DNA of 64,000 nt from Oceanispirochaeta sp. (GCA_963666275.2 CAXXOA010000001.1:1408001-1472000); one strand, 5' to 3'; shown: positions 39,997-50,992, counted from the first letter of the stretch. The notes: generated by a model from the sequence alone, not told the origin. Made by a program: numbers and translations.

Positions 39997-41643
39997 GTGA
40001 ATAAAAAAACAAAGACGATCCTAACTCTTATCCTGTGTACCGCTTTCACCTTATCTGCCCAGAGAACGCCCGATTCGGAAATGGCGGATCTCTATGCCCG
40101 GTATGCCTGGAGCGCCTATTCCGAAGGGAACTGGGACGAATTCAGGGATCTGACAGCCACGGGTGTGGAGTTTGATGCTCTTAATCCTGATCTTCTGAGT
40201 TTTCAGGGAATTATCTACAGGAATGACAGCAGATTTTACGATGCATCCGTCAGTTTTGAAAAATCCTATCAGCAGGAAGGGGATACAAACTACCTGGGAA
40301 AAATGGAGATCCTTGCCATTCTGGGGGAAATCTATTTCAGGCTGGGCGAGGATCGGGCTCTGATTGATCTCTACACTTCTGTGGACCGGATGTATACGGA
40401 TAATCCGGATCTGCTCTTTTATACTGTTCAGTCCTATTTCAGAGAGGGGCTCCGCGAAAGGGCAAATGCTCTGGCCGAGGAAGGGGTTTACAGATTTCAG
40501 GATCAGAGATTCCTCATTCTCCTCAGCAGCTGGCAGCCTAACTCTGGATATCCTGCCATACTGGCCGAGTTTATTGAGAGACAGGGGCTCCTCTTTCCGG
40601 ATCTTCTGGCCAGAACGATCATTGATTCCAGATCAGAGAATAAAAAACTCATGTATCTCTATATAGGAGCCGCCAGGGATCTGAACAGCTGGTATTTCTC
40701 CACCAGGTATCTCAATATCCGCACGGAGTCTCATCTCCTTCCCGAAGTGGATCCCCGCAGGGTCTGGCCGGTGGAAGTGATAAAAGCGGTCTGGGAGGAG
40801 AATAATCCCTCTTCACTGCTGCGGGGACTTGATTTGAAAGTTCCTGTAAGGGTGGATACTTCCGAGGACGGATTTCCCAACTGGGAACTTATTTCCACCG
40901 GAGAGGACTATATCTGGCTGAATGATGAAAATCAGGACGGCGCAACGGATTTCCGGATCCTCTGGAATCCCGACCTGTCTCTGAAGAGCATTGAAAACTT
41001 CAACAGGGATTACAGAATCCTCTGTAACTACAATGAGTATCCTTCCGTGGAGAGTGTTAATATTTCAGGACCGGGCAGAACAGTGAGAACCTATCTTTTT
41101 CTTCCTTCCACATACTCTCTTCCCATGAGGGAGGGGACCGGGATCTCCTGGGAGGAACTGATTGATCTGGATGTTGAAGATCTGCCTCTCTGGCTATTTG
41201 CGGGAGAGGCTTATCATCTTAAAGCCTGCTACTCTCTGAAAGACAGGGTTCAGTCCGGGAATGACAGTCTCTTCAGGGACTATACGGTTATAGACGGAAA
41301 AATCAGCCGGTTTCGGGAGGATTCCAATTTTGACGGCCATTTTGACAGGACCGTTCTGCTGGAGGACTGGATGCCTGTCAAAGGGTACAGGGATCTGGAT
41401 CTGGACGGGACCTTTGATCTTGAGGAGGTCTATCAGAACGGAAGGCTTACGAGCCTTAAAGTTCAGGGAGACCGCAGCCGTATTGAAGAGTATTATGATT
41501 TATGGAATAGTAAACGGTATCAGTTGTGGGATTTTGACAGAACCAGCTTTTATGATGCGGCTCTGATTCAGGAATCAGATCTTTCCTGGACTGAAACGAA
41601 ACTTAACGATAATGTGTTTATGCAATTGGATAGTGGTGAATGA
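39997..41643 (+). CDS. Exported TPR-like protein with repeated DxDxDG-type motifs
   Basis: Signal peptide; helical N-terminal half; DENQDGATD, DSNFDGHFD and DLDLDGTFD in the C-terminal half. Confidence 0.65.
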   Translation: MNKKTKTILTLILCTAFTLSAQRTPDSEMADLYARYAWSAYSEGNWDEFRDLTATGVEFDALNPDLLSFQGIIYRNDSRFYDASVSFEKSYQQEGDTNYLGKMEILAILGEIYFRLGEDRALIDLYTSVDRMYTDNPDLLFYTVQSYFREGLRERANALAEEGVYRFQDQRFLILLSSWQPNSGYPAILAEFIERQGLLFPDLLARTIIDSRSENKKLMYLYIGAARDLNSWYFSTRYLNIRTESHLLPEVDPRRVWPVEVIKAVWEENNPSSLLRGLDLKVPVRVDTSEDGFPNWELISTGEDYIWLNDENQDGATDFRILWNPDLSLKSIENFNRDYRILCNYNEYPSVESVNISGPGRTVRTYLFLPSTYSLPMREGTGISWEELIDLDVEDLPLWLFAGEAYHLKACYSLKDRVQSGNDSLFRDYTVIDGKISRFREDSNFDGHFDRTVLLEDWMPVKGYRDLDLDGTFDLEEVYQNGRLTSLKVQGDRSRIEEYYDLWNSKRYQLWDFDRTSFYDAALIQESDLSWTETKLNDNVFMQLDSGE

Positions 41644-43430
41644 TTCTTAAAAAATATTTTGTACCGATTTTTTTTATAACACTGATTATGCTTCTTTTTT
41701 CCTGCCGTACCGCCAACGAAGAAACGGCGCCGGTGATTCAGTATGATGAACAGGAGCAGAGAATCAATCTGATAGACAGGCTTCTCCGGGAGGAAAAACC
41801 CGAAGAAGCTATACAGTGGATCCATTTCTACAGGTTTGAGAGTTCTGATGAGTCAGATTTCGATCTCAGGGAGACCGAAGCTCTGAATCTCCTGGCCGGG
41901 AAATTTCAGGAGGCTCTGAAGGAAAAGGAATACCTCAGAGCCATCTCGATCTATCAGTCTCTGGAAAGGCTGGGAAAGGAGGAACTCCTTGAGGATGCCG
42001 GAGAAACCATTGAAACCCTGCGTTTATCCTATCTCCTCCATCTTACAGAAATAGGCCGTACCGGAGCGGCTGCGGGGCTTATATCCGCCGAATTTGCTTC
42101 CCGGACGGAGCTGCAGGACAGCGATCTTCAGAGACTGGTAAGGAAGTTTACAGAGGGAGAAAATAGAAAAGCCCTGACCATCCTGACGGATGAAATGGTC
42201 GCCAGATCTCTTCCCGTACCGGAGGACACTCAGAATTTTCTCAGCAGAAAAGTTCAGATGGAAGATTTCCTTGAAGGTACTGTGACGATCTGGGTTGATA
42301 AAGGCCTGAGGATAGAAAAGGGCGTCGGCTTTCCAGACAGAGTGATAGGAAGCGGATTCTTTATTGATAAAGACGGTTACATCCTGACAAACTATCACGT
42401 GATCGAGAGCGAAGTTGATCCGGAGTACCAGGGGCATTCAAAACTGTTTATAAAACTTTCCGATGACAGAGGGGAAAAAATCCCCGCCCGGGTTGTGGGC
42501 TGGGACAGGCACTTTGACCTGGCTCTTCTGAAAACAGAGATTGAGGCGCCCTATGTCTTTTCCTTCTCCTCCAGCGACAAATATTCCCTGGGGCAGAATA
42601 TTATGGCCATCGGTTCGCCCGGCGGTTTGAATAACTCCATCACCTCGGGAACTGTGTCGGCAGTGAACCGTCCTCTCATGACCATGGGGGAGGCTGTTCA
42701 GATCGATGTTCCCATCAATCCGGGTAACAGCGGAGGGCCTCTCCTCAATCCTCAGGGTGAGGTGAAAGGTGTCATTTTTGCGGGGATAGAGGAGTTTGAA
42801 GGCATCAATTTCGCCATTTACGGCTCCTATGTCAAAAGCCTTCTGCCTTCTCTGTATGAAGGAGGGGCTGTTGTTCATCCCTGGATCGGCATCGGGGGGT
42901 ATCAGGAGTACAATCATCTGGAAGCCCTCTATACTGTTCCGGATTCTCCCGCTGCCGCCGCCGGTATTGAAAGGGAGGCTAAAATTCTCTCTGTAAACGG
43001 CATTGAGGTGAAACGAAATCAGGATGTCAGGGATATCCTTCTGGGGCTTCAGCCTGGAACCATCGTCTCTCTGAAATGGGAGCTCCGGGGAGAGGAGAGA
43101 ACCTCCTTGCTGACTCTGGCGGAACGACCGGATATTCCCTTCGCCTATGCCATTGAAAATGATGACAGGGACAGCCTTATTCCCGCATTTTTCGGGATGG
43201 TTCTCGAGAGGACCCGGAAGGATCAGTATCAGGTCCGGAAGGTCTATACGGGCAGTGCTGCGGATGAAGCGAGCATTTCCGCCAATGATGTGATCACACT
43301 GAAAAAGTGGCTTGTGAACCAGGAGGACGGGTATGTACTGATCCAGTTCCTCTTCAAGGGGGTCAAAGCCGGTTATCTGGAAAGTGCCATACAGCTTGGG
43401 GCAGGCTTTGAATCAGTGCTGTTTTTCTAA
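41640..43430 (+). CDS. S1C (HtrA-like) serine protease lipoprotein with PDZ domains
   Basis: LFSC lipobox; TNYHV, DLALLK, PGNSGGP catalytic motifs. Confidence 0.85.
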   Translation: MILKKYFVPIFFITLIMLLFSCRTANEETAPVIQYDEQEQRINLIDRLLREEKPEEAIQWIHFYRFESSDESDFDLRETEALNLLAGKFQEALKEKEYLRAISIYQSLERLGKEELLEDAGETIETLRLSYLLHLTEIGRTGAAAGLISAEFASRTELQDSDLQRLVRKFTEGENRKALTILTDEMVARSLPVPEDTQNFLSRKVQMEDFLEGTVTIWVDKGLRIEKGVGFPDRVIGSGFFIDKDGYILTNYHVIESEVDPEYQGHSKLFIKLSDDRGEKIPARVVGWDRHFDLALLKTEIEAPYVFSFSSSDKYSLGQNIMAIGSPGGLNNSITSGTVSAVNRPLMTMGEAVQIDVPINPGNSGGPLLNPQGEVKGVIFAGIEEFEGINFAIYGSYVKSLLPSLYEGGAVVHPWIGIGGYQEYNHLEALYTVPDSPAAAAGIEREAKILSVNGIEVKRNQDVRDILLGLQPGTIVSLKWELRGEERTSLLTLAERPDIPFAYAIENDDRDSLIPAFFGMVLERTRKDQYQVRKVYTGSAADEASISANDVITLKKWLVNQEDGYVLIQFLFKGVKAGYLESAIQLGAGFESVLFF

Positions 43431-43477
43431 AGATCCTTTGATTGAATAAAATTATCACTTCGTATATAGTGCATCAC

Positions 43478-45289
43478 ATGAAATACAATCAGAATAATAT
43501 CCGCAATTTCTGTATCATTGCCCATATAGATCACGGTAAATCCACCCTTGCAGACAGGTTCCTCCAGAAGGCTCATGCTGTTTCCGACCGGGACTTCAAG
43601 GAGCAGATGCTCGACTCTATGGACATTGAACGGGAAAGGGGCATTACCATAAAGTCCCAGGCTGTCACCATCGAGTATACAGCCGACAACGGTGAGATCT
43701 ATGAGCTGAATCTTGTCGATACTCCCGGTCATGTGGATTTTTCCTATGAAGTCTCAAGGGCTATCACATCCTGCGAAGGAGCGCTTCTTCTGATCGATGC
43801 CTCCCAGGGGGTTGAGGCTCAGACCCTTTCCAATATGTACATGGCTCTTGATCATGATCTGGATATTATTCCCGTTGTCAATAAAATGGATCTTCCCAGT
43901 GCGGATCTACCTATGGTAACCGAACAGATCGAACACGATCTGGGGCTGGAATCAGAGCTTATTTATCCTGTTTCCGCTAAAACCGGTCAGAATGTGGAAG
44001 CATTGATTGAGGGGCTGATAAAATGGATCCCCTCACCCAAGGGGAGTCCCGATGATCCTCTCAAGTGTCTTATTTTCGACTCCCACTATGATGCCTATAG
44101 AGGGGTTGTGATTCATATCAGAATTTTTGAAGGATCCATAAAAACCGGAGATGAAATTTACATCATGTCCAATAAAGCTTCCTATAAAGTAGAAGAGGTC
44201 GGGATGTTTAAACTCTCCCTCTCCAAGACAGGAGAGCTGAAAGCCGGTCAGGTCGGATACATCATCGCCGGTATCAAGAATATTTCAGATATCAGAGTCG
44301 GTGATACCATCTCTCTGAAGAACAATATCTGCAAGGAGGCTCTCCCCGGATTCAGGGAAGTCAAACCTGTGGTTTTCTCCTCCATCTATCCAGTGGATAC
44401 CAATCAGTACGAAGAACTGCACTCCGCCATAGACAAGCTGAAACTGAACGATGCATCCCTGATTTATGAAAAAGATGCTTCAGCTGCACTGGGATTCGGA
44501 TTCCGCTGCGGTTTTCTGGGTCTGCTCCATCTCGAAGTTGTTCAGGAGAGGCTTGAGCGTGAGTTCGGTCTGAATATAGTCCTCACATCCCCTTCGGTTC
44601 AGTACCGTCTGACCAATCAGAAAAAAGAAACCTTCTATCTGGATAATCCCGCTGAGTATCCGGATCCCGGGACCTTGGAAAAGGCCGAAGAACCCTATAT
44701 TACCGCCGCCATTATTACGCCTACTGATTTTCTGGGCAGCATCATGACCCTCTGTATGAATAAGAGGGGCATTCAGACCCATATGAACTATCTGGATGAA
44801 AAGCGGGTTGAGATCAAATTTGATATGCCCCTGGCGGAAGTCCTTTTTGATTTTTATGATAAGCTCAAGTCCATCAGTCGCGGCTATGCGTCTTTTGATT
44901 ACGAAGTCATCGGGTTCAGAGAAACTCAGCTGGCAAAGCTTGAGATTATTATCAATGGTGATAAAGTGGATGCTCTGGCTCAGCTTATTCATAAGGATAA
45001 TGCCTATGATCGGGGTAAGGGAGTTTGTAAAAAACTGAAAGGGGAAATTACCCGTCAGCAGTTCAAGATCCCCATACAGGCGGCCATTGGGAATACAATT
45101 ATTGCCAGAGAGACCATAAGCGCCCTCAGAAAAGACGTAACATCCAAATGTTACGGTGGTGATATCTCACGGAAGCGGAAGCTGCTGGAGAAACAGAAAG
45201 AGGGTAAGAAGAGGATGAAAATGGTTGGTAATGTCGAACTGCCCCAGTCAGCCTTTCTGTCTGTTCTCAGGACTGACGATTCGGACTGA
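43478..45289 (+). CDS. lepA: Elongation factor 4
   Basis: IRNFCIIAHIDHGKST, GFRCGFLGLLH, KCYGGDISRK.KLLEKQK. Confidence 0.97.
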   Translation: MKYNQNNIRNFCIIAHIDHGKSTLADRFLQKAHAVSDRDFKEQMLDSMDIERERGITIKSQAVTIEYTADNGEIYELNLVDTPGHVDFSYEVSRAITSCEGALLLIDASQGVEAQTLSNMYMALDHDLDIIPVVNKMDLPSADLPMVTEQIEHDLGLESELIYPVSAKTGQNVEALIEGLIKWIPSPKGSPDDPLKCLIFDSHYDAYRGVVIHIRIFEGSIKTGDEIYIMSNKASYKVEEVGMFKLSLSKTGELKAGQVGYIIAGIKNISDIRVGDTISLKNNICKEALPGFREVKPVVFSSIYPVDTNQYEELHSAIDKLKLNDASLIYEKDASAALGFGFRCGFLGLLHLEVVQERLEREFGLNIVLTSPSVQYRLTNQKKETFYLDNPAEYPDPGTLEKAEEPYITAAIITPTDFLGSIMTLCMNKRGIQTHMNYLDEKRVEIKFDMPLAEVLFDFYDKLKSISRGYASFDYEVIGFRETQLAKLEIIINGDKVDALAQLIHKDNAYDRGKGVCKKLKGEITRQQFKIPIQAAIGNTIIARETISALRKDVTSKCYGGDISRKRKLLEKQKEGKKRMKMVGNVELPQSAFLSVLRTDDSD

Positions 45290-45325
45290 GTTTCTCCGGA
45301 TTTTTTGAAATATCCCTGTAATTTC

Positions 45326-46939
45326 CTATGAGGTAAGACGGGATAGGAGCCTGTAGTAACGCCGCACCGACTGGAGCGCCCTGAAAAGGAACTCCGGTCT
45401 GGTATTGGGCAGACTGATAGTATCCGGAAAGTGATAATAACTGAAGTCAGACTGAATCAGCAATGGAATCAGGGCTTCCGGTTCCGCATTCTCGGCATTG
45501 ACTCTCTCCCACATCTTTATAAGAGCTTCCAGCTTATCTTTTTCCTTTTTCAGAATCCTCAGGACTGTTCTGTTCCGTTCTGAAGAAGAATCGCTATTTT
45601 TATTTTCCAGGCAGCTTTTTTCCTCATTGCCCGGGGAGATGCACAATTCCAGTGCTTCTGATGGTGTCAGCCGGGGAATGCCGAAATCTGCTCCTCCTTC
45701 AGCGATGTCATAGACTCTTCCATCCATGCAGTGGCAGAGGTCCCTCAGCTGGCAGCCGTACTGCTGAAGCACCGGATTGGTCCTCAGGCCGGAGCGGCCG
45801 TCTTTGGATAAGGCGGGAATGCTGGGTCTGGAAAGGGTGAAGTTCAGCCAGGCATCACCGCCAAGCCTTCCATCCAGGAGTTTCATCCAGTCATGGAAAG
45901 GGGTTTCCCGTGCGTGGGACTTTCCCTCTCTGTAGCTGAAATCAAGTCCCGTCAGTAAGATGGGAGCCTCGGTGATTTCTCCGGCCACATAAAGAGCTGT
46001 TACGCCCACAGAACCCAGAGCGGGTATTTCTGCGGGAAGGAGCTCTTCCTTCTCAAATTCCTCCACCAGGCCGTTGGTGCCGAACCGGGAAGAGAAATAG
46101 TAATGGTCCCCCTGAAAATCTCTCAGAGTCTGAGGGTAGGCCGTGATATCGGAAAACTGAAGAATACTGTGTCCCTTCAGAGGGTAGAAATCCTTCAGAT
46201 TGTGAAACTGTGCTTCCAGATTCACAACTCCGTCGGGCAGTATCCCCCCCCTTGCCAGCGCCTGGACCGCTGTATCCACACTGAGTATGAAGAACTTGTC
46301 TCTGTGAGTCTTCATAAAAGGGAGCGACTCTTCCAGGGATTCTCCCGCTCCCGCCAGAATCACAGGTTTTGTTGTTTTAAAATCACCGAGATCTCTGAGA
46401 TCTGTCTCTGCCATATTAATCAGAAGGTTCTGCATCCACAGACGGCCCAGTTTCGTGGTTGTCAGTCTGTTCCTCCAGTAATACTGCTGAAAGCTCTGAA
46501 GGGAAGAGAAGAGTGAATCATAGAGCTTTTTATTGAAACTGTATCCTCCGTTCAGGGGAACTATCCGGCAATTTCTGAATCGTGCCGGCTGAAGGTCATA
46601 GAAAACTCTGTACAGGGATACAGGGCTGTCAAGGCGGTAGACCAGGCAACGGGGAGACCGCAATTTTTCAAGATAGGGGGACGACTCTTTCATCAGCTGC
46701 TGATCCGTTTCAACTGCAAGGACAATTGAATCTTCCGGGAGGGAGTCTAAAAGCTCAGAGAGTCCGTATCCGAAAAGGGGAGAAGGGATAAAATAGATTG
46801 TTCTGGGAAGAATTTCCGCCTGGCTGACCAGGCGGATAGATGATCCCGAGGGATTGTAACGTGAATAGAGTGTTCTGCTGCCAATCCGGAAATTCAGGTC
46901 CCCGTTGGGGGCGGAAATGATTTCCCTTTCCTTATCCAT
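45326..46939 (-). CDS. MAF_flag10/DUF115 (Maf/MptE-like) protein
   Basis: LYSRYNP, W.QN...N, GAGESL, VDTA, GSV, I.LTGLDFSY..G.SH. Confidence 0.75.
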   Translation of the reverse strand: MDKEREIISAPNGDLNFRIGSRTLYSRYNPSGSSIRLVSQAEILPRTIYFIPSPLFGYGLSELLDSLPEDSIVLAVETDQQLMKESSPYLEKLRSPRCLVYRLDSPVSLYRVFYDLQPARFRNCRIVPLNGGYSFNKKLYDSLFSSLQSFQQYYWRNRLTTTKLGRLWMQNLLINMAETDLRDLGDFKTTKPVILAGAGESLEESLPFMKTHRDKFFILSVDTAVQALARGGILPDGVVNLEAQFHNLKDFYPLKGHSILQFSDITAYPQTLRDFQGDHYYFSSRFGTNGLVEEFEKEELLPAEIPALGSVGVTALYVAGEITEAPILLTGLDFSYREGKSHARETPFHDWMKLLDGRLGGDAWLNFTLSRPSIPALSKDGRSGLRTNPVLQQYGCQLRDLCHCMDGRVYDIAEGGADFGIPRLTPSEALELCISPGNEEKSCLENKNSDSSSERNRTVLRILKKEKDKLEALIKMWERVNAENAEPEALIPLLIQSDFSYYHFPDTISLPNTRPEFLFRALQSVRRYYRLLSRLTS

Positions 46940-46959
46940 CTGGCAGCAGTTGATCCTGA

Positions 46960-48498
46960 TCAGGATTCCTTGAAAATCCTGTTGAATGTGGCGTCAAAAT
47001 TGTCTTTCAGTTTATCTGAGTTCAGATAGACAGCCTGAATCTGGCTCTCTTTGTACTGATTCAGTTCGCTTGTAAGCTGAGACTCGATATAGGGCTTGTA
47101 CTCTTCGGGATACTGAAATCCTTCCTGTTCTTCAAGGAGGGAGAAGACAATGACTCTTCTGTCCAGGATGACAGGCTCTGAGATCTCTCCGGGAGTGTTC
47201 AGGCCGAAGGCATTCTGAAAGAAGTCATCGCTGTAGGCTGCAGAGCTCATCAGGCTGTCGCTGGTTTTGTTTCCGGGGCTGTTCACAATAAAAGGAACAT
47301 TGCCGTATACGGGAGCAATAAAACCGGTTTCTCCTGTTTCCAGGCCCATATCAGCGGCGGCAGTGAGAAGATCGGAAGACTGGGCTGATACAGCCAGTGC
47401 CTGAGCCTGCTCCACAAGATAATCTTCAATCATACCGACTTCTTCTCTTTCCATGTATGTCCTGATGGAAGCAATCGTATCAGTGTCGCTCGTATCGGCA
47501 GAAATGACAGGACCAGCTGCCTGAAAGATGAAATAGGCACTGTCCGTTGAAAGGACGCCGGTGTAGCTGTTCGCATCCAGGGCAAAAACTTCATCAGCCT
47601 GCTCTTTATCAAGGAAGGTGAGAAGATTGTAGTAGGGAGTTTCTCCCATGGATCCGCCGTTTTCAGAATAGGAGTCTTTGGACATATTTCTTGCCACTTC
47701 ATCAAAGCTAGAACCGCTGTCCAGTTTGTTCAGGATGTCCAGTGCATCATTTTCGGAGGTGTAAACAGTGATCCTGTTGAGGTCGCGTCTGGCAAAAATC
47801 TCGGCGTTTTCCTGACCGTATTCGGAAACTTTGCTGACAGGGTAGGCAGAATAGGGCAGAGAGGCATAGGAAAAGTTCTTTTCCGTTGACCCCATGTCCA
47901 GCAGAAAATCTATCTGTTTATCCGATCTCTGAATGTTGTTCAGAGTGTCCGTATAATAGGTCTGAACTTTCAGATCTTCCTCCAGGGAATCCCTGATCTC
48001 TTTGATTCTGGTGCCGGGAGTGTTCATATAGGCTTCTTCGTTAAAAGTACCGTTTTCAGTGAAGATTCCGGATGTGACAATGGCTCTGTCGATTTTCCGG
48101 GAGGAAACGTCTGCATCCGCAGATTCCACATCGTCCAGCATAGCGGTTCTGACGATTGTCTGGTTGAATGCGGACCGCCAGATGAGCTGTCTCAGGAAAT
48201 CCATATTTCCGTTGGTTCCGAGACTGTCCCGGTACATGCTGTTGATGGATTCAACCTGCTGGGAAAAGTAATTTCCCTGCTCGAAAGTAATAGGAGTATT
48301 ACCGTATTTTCCGAAAACCAGTAAACCCGAAGCTCCTCCGGAGCCTGCCAGTGCGGGGACGAATACAAAACTGACTATGGTAATGGCCAGGACAACAATG
48401 GTTCCTGCCATAAGATTTTTTTGTTTTCTTTTGTGCTTGTCTGCTTTTAGCTTTGCTGCATCAGTTGAATTTGAGAGCTTTTTCTCTTTTTTAGACAT
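46960..48498 (-). CDS. PpiD/SurA-like membrane-anchored peptidylprolyl isomerase/chaperone
   Basis: TM helix; SurA-N-like region; parvulin motif SFDEVARNMSKD...NGGSMG. Confidence 0.75.
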   Translation of the reverse strand: MSKKEKKLSNSTDAAKLKADKHKRKQKNLMAGTIVVLAITIVSFVFVPALAGSGGASGLLVFGKYGNTPITFEQGNYFSQQVESINSMYRDSLGTNGNMDFLRQLIWRSAFNQTIVRTAMLDDVESADADVSSRKIDRAIVTSGIFTENGTFNEEAYMNTPGTRIKEIRDSLEEDLKVQTYYTDTLNNIQRSDKQIDFLLDMGSTEKNFSYASLPYSAYPVSKVSEYGQENAEIFARRDLNRITVYTSENDALDILNKLDSGSSFDEVARNMSKDSYSENGGSMGETPYYNLLTFLDKEQADEVFALDANSYTGVLSTDSAYFIFQAAGPVISADTSDTDTIASIRTYMEREEVGMIEDYLVEQAQALAVSAQSSDLLTAAADMGLETGETGFIAPVYGNVPFIVNSPGNKTSDSLMSSAAYSDDFFQNAFGLNTPGEISEPVILDRRVIVFSLLEEQEGFQYPEEYKPYIESQLTSELNQYKESQIQAVYLNSDKLKDNFDATFNRIFKES

Positions 48499-48598
48499 GG
48501 GACGTCCTTAGTAACAAGATATTTATAATAGAGAGCATCGAAAAATTATCATGAAAGGGTATACCTGTCAACTTGATGTAAATTATTTCACAGGGGTG

Positions 48599-48627
48599 TT
48601 GACATAATGGGGAAGCATGAGTAAAGT
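48599..48627 (+). promoter_or_regulatory. sigma-70 promoter of tRNA-Asp
   Basis: TTGACA-N17-TAAAGT. Confidence 0.7.
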
Positions 48628-48639
48628 ACGCCTTTATAT

Positions 48640-48713
48640 GGAGGCGTAGCGAAGATGGTTATCGCGCCGGCCTGTCAAGCCGGAGATCGCGGGTTCGAGA
48701 CCCGTCGCTTCCG
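48640..48713 (+). tRNA. tRNA-Asp (GTC)
   Basis: Acceptor GGAGGCG/CGCTTCC; anticodon arm CCGGC-CTGTCAA-GCCGG. Confidence 0.94.
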
Positions 48714-48814
48714 TTCCTTTCGGCTCCGTTCTGGAGCCGAAAGTTTTTCTCTTCCCCACGTCTGGCGTGAGGTTTTGAAAGAAGATCCCATTTAAAAAGT
48801 TTACACAGCAATAT

Positions 48815-48886
48815 CGGGCTGTAGCGCAGGGGGAGCGCGCGCCGTTCGGGACGGTGAGGTCGGAGGTTCAAATCCTCTCAGCCCGA
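48815..48886 (+). tRNA. tRNA-Pro (CGG)
   Basis: Acceptor CGGGCTG/CAGCCCG; anticodon arm CGCCG-TTCGGGA-CGGTG. Confidence 0.92.
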
Positions 48887-49137
48887 CTCTTTTCCATTTT
48901 AACAGTAAAGAATCAACTGTTTCCTGTCGTTTGTAGATCTTTCATAAAACAGTCAATGGATATGACTCTGGTTTCAATTTTATGAAACAAAGTGCTCCCT
49001 GATGCCTTTTTCATTATAATTAATGAAGCCGTGCCCCGGGGAGTCTGCGGAACGGCGGGACCTGTCCGGATTTGAAGGGGTCCAATATTTTAAAGAACTC
49101 TGTTTAGTTCATTGTGGAAAAAGCCGAAAAATTAACT

Positions 49138-49974
49138 ATGGTAAAAGCTGGAAAATTACTCCCACTGATCCTGTGTTTACAGGGCATAATTTTTGTTAAC
49201 GCCCAGACGGTGTATCATACTCTGCAGAAGGGAGAGACCCTGTACAGTCTTTCCAGGCAGTATAATGTCACTGTGCAGGATCTTATTGAACTGAATGATA
49301 TAGATTCTCCGGAAAGTCTTTCTGAAGGATTCAGGTTGATTATCTCTACCGGTTCTTCACAGGAAAACGATGGAAATTCCATAGAAAAAAATGATTTTTC
49401 GGACAATGTTCAGTATACTGTAAAAAAGGGAGATACATTCTACCGCATTGCCAGAGCTCATAATATGAGTGTCAATGAACTGATGAGTCTCAATGATTTT
49501 TCCGGTTCCAGTATACTGAAACCGGGAGATGTCCTTGTGGTGAAAGAAGGGGGGCAGACACAGACTGTCCCGCAGCCCATAGAGGAAAGAAGCGAGGCTG
49601 TACGGACTGTCATGACCTCGGCTGATTTAACATGGCCGGTGGAAGGGGCTATGCAGACACTGACAGGCAAACTCCGGGGAGTTACCATTCAGGCCGCCGA
49701 GGCGTCTCTTGTGCAGTCTGTTGCATCCGGAAAGGTTGTCTGGACCGGACCATACAGAGGTTTCGGTCAGGTCGTTCTCATCGATGTCGACGGATATATC
49801 TATCTTTACGGCGGCAATGATGATATTTTTGTCAATGTAGGAGAGTACGTTCCGGCGGGGTCACGAATCGGTCGTCTGGGCAATTCAGGTCTGGCATCAC
49901 GAACTGTAGATATGTATTTTTCCGTTTTTAAAGACGGTGTACCTGTGAGTGTAGTATCTGCTCCCAGGGGATGA
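49138..49974 (+). CDS. 2xLysM + degenerate M23 protein (NlpD-like)
   Basis: Signal peptide; HTLQKGETLYSL and YTVKKGDTFYRIA LysM repeats; WPVEG..GFGQVV..YLYG lacking the zinc histidines. Confidence 0.85.
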   Translation: MVKAGKLLPLILCLQGIIFVNAQTVYHTLQKGETLYSLSRQYNVTVQDLIELNDIDSPESLSEGFRLIISTGSSQENDGNSIEKNDFSDNVQYTVKKGDTFYRIARAHNMSVNELMSLNDFSGSSILKPGDVLVVKEGGQTQTVPQPIEERSEAVRTVMTSADLTWPVEGAMQTLTGKLRGVTIQAAEASLVQSVASGKVVWTGPYRGFGQVVLIDVDGYIYLYGGNDDIFVNVGEYVPAGSRIGRLGNSGLASRTVDMYFSVFKDGVPVSVVSAPRG

Positions 49975-50005
49975 ATAAACCAGAGGGAGTACCGGTTTTT
50001 ACCTT

Positions 50006-50953
50006 ATGAAAGACGATGAATCTCGAGAATTGAACAATGAAACAGATCCGTTAGCATTATACCTCAAGCAGATTTCCAGATATGACCTTCTGACAATAGC
50101 AGAAGAACAGGAGATCGGGATAAATCTTGAAAAGCTGAACGAAAGAGTGGCCGAACTGGAAACGGAATTCTCCAGTGATCAGGTTTCCGCTCAGGAATAT
50201 AAAATACAGAAAAAGATTTTTGACGAAAAAATCAAATTCAATAAGAATAAAATGATCCAGTCCAATCTACGGCTGGTTGTTTCCATTGCCAAAAAGTACC
50301 AGCACCGGGGAATGTCTCTGCTGGATCTTATCGATGAGGGAAATATCGGCCTCATAGAGGCTGTTGACCGTTTTGATTATACCAAAGGCTGCCGATTTTC
50401 AACCTATGGTACCTGGTGGATCAGACAGGCCATTATAAAATCCCTGGCGGATAAGTCGAGAATCATCCGGATTCCCATTCATATGCTGAATACCATAAAG
50501 AAGAGTTACCTTGTTTCCAAACAGCTGACTCAGGAGCTGGGAAGGGATCCTCTTCCCGAAGAAATGGCTGAGTATATGAATCTTCCCATCGAGAAGGTCA
50601 AGGAGATCATGTCTCTTTCCCAGGAGACTGCCTCTCTGGATACCACTGTTGATCAGGACCATATGACCCGTCTGAGCGATCTCATCAAGGATGAGAATAA
50701 CAAGGAGCCCATTGATGCGGTTTTTAAGCTATCCCTTCAGGATACGATCAATGAGGTTCTGAATCAGCTCAGCGAGAGGGAAATGAAGATTATCCAGCTG
50801 CGGTTCGGTCTGAATGAAACCACACCCCTGACTCTGGAGGAAACCGGAAAAGTTCTGGGTATCACAAGAGAGCGGGTGAGGCAGATTCAGGAAATGGCCA
50901 TTTCCAAAATGCGGAATTTCAAAATTATCAAAGATCTTGAAGATTACGTTTAA
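50006..50953 (+). CDS. sigma-70 group-2 sigma factor (RpoD/RpoS-like, no region 1.1)
   Basis: [43 protein letters not shown]. Confidence 0.9.
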   Translation: MKDDESRELNNETDPLALYLKQISRYDLLTIAEEQEIGINLEKLNERVAELETEFSSDQVSAQEYKIQKKIFDEKIKFNKNKMIQSNLRLVVSIAKKYQHRGMSLLDLIDEGNIGLIEAVDRFDYTKGCRFSTYGTWWIRQAIIKSLADKSRIIRIPIHMLNTIKKSYLVSKQLTQELGRDPLPEEMAEYMNLPIEKVKEIMSLSQETASLDTTVDQDHMTRLSDLIKDENNKEPIDAVFKLSLQDTINEVLNQLSEREMKIIQLRFGLNETTPLTLEETGKVLGITRERVRQIQEMAISKMRNFKIIKDLEDYV

Positions 50954-50992
50954 TCATCTCGAATTTTCCCGAACTATACCGATATAGAAAGT

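Noticed and set aside
48828..48834. Short G-rich D-loop (AGGGGGA) in tRNA-Pro
   Set aside because: The cloverleaf is otherwise canonical and this is within normal variation
48890..49100. Possible c-di-AMP riboswitch upstream of the LysM-M23 gene
   Set aside because: The conserved GCUGAAUC, GGGGUGAA and CAGCUAAC blocks are absent
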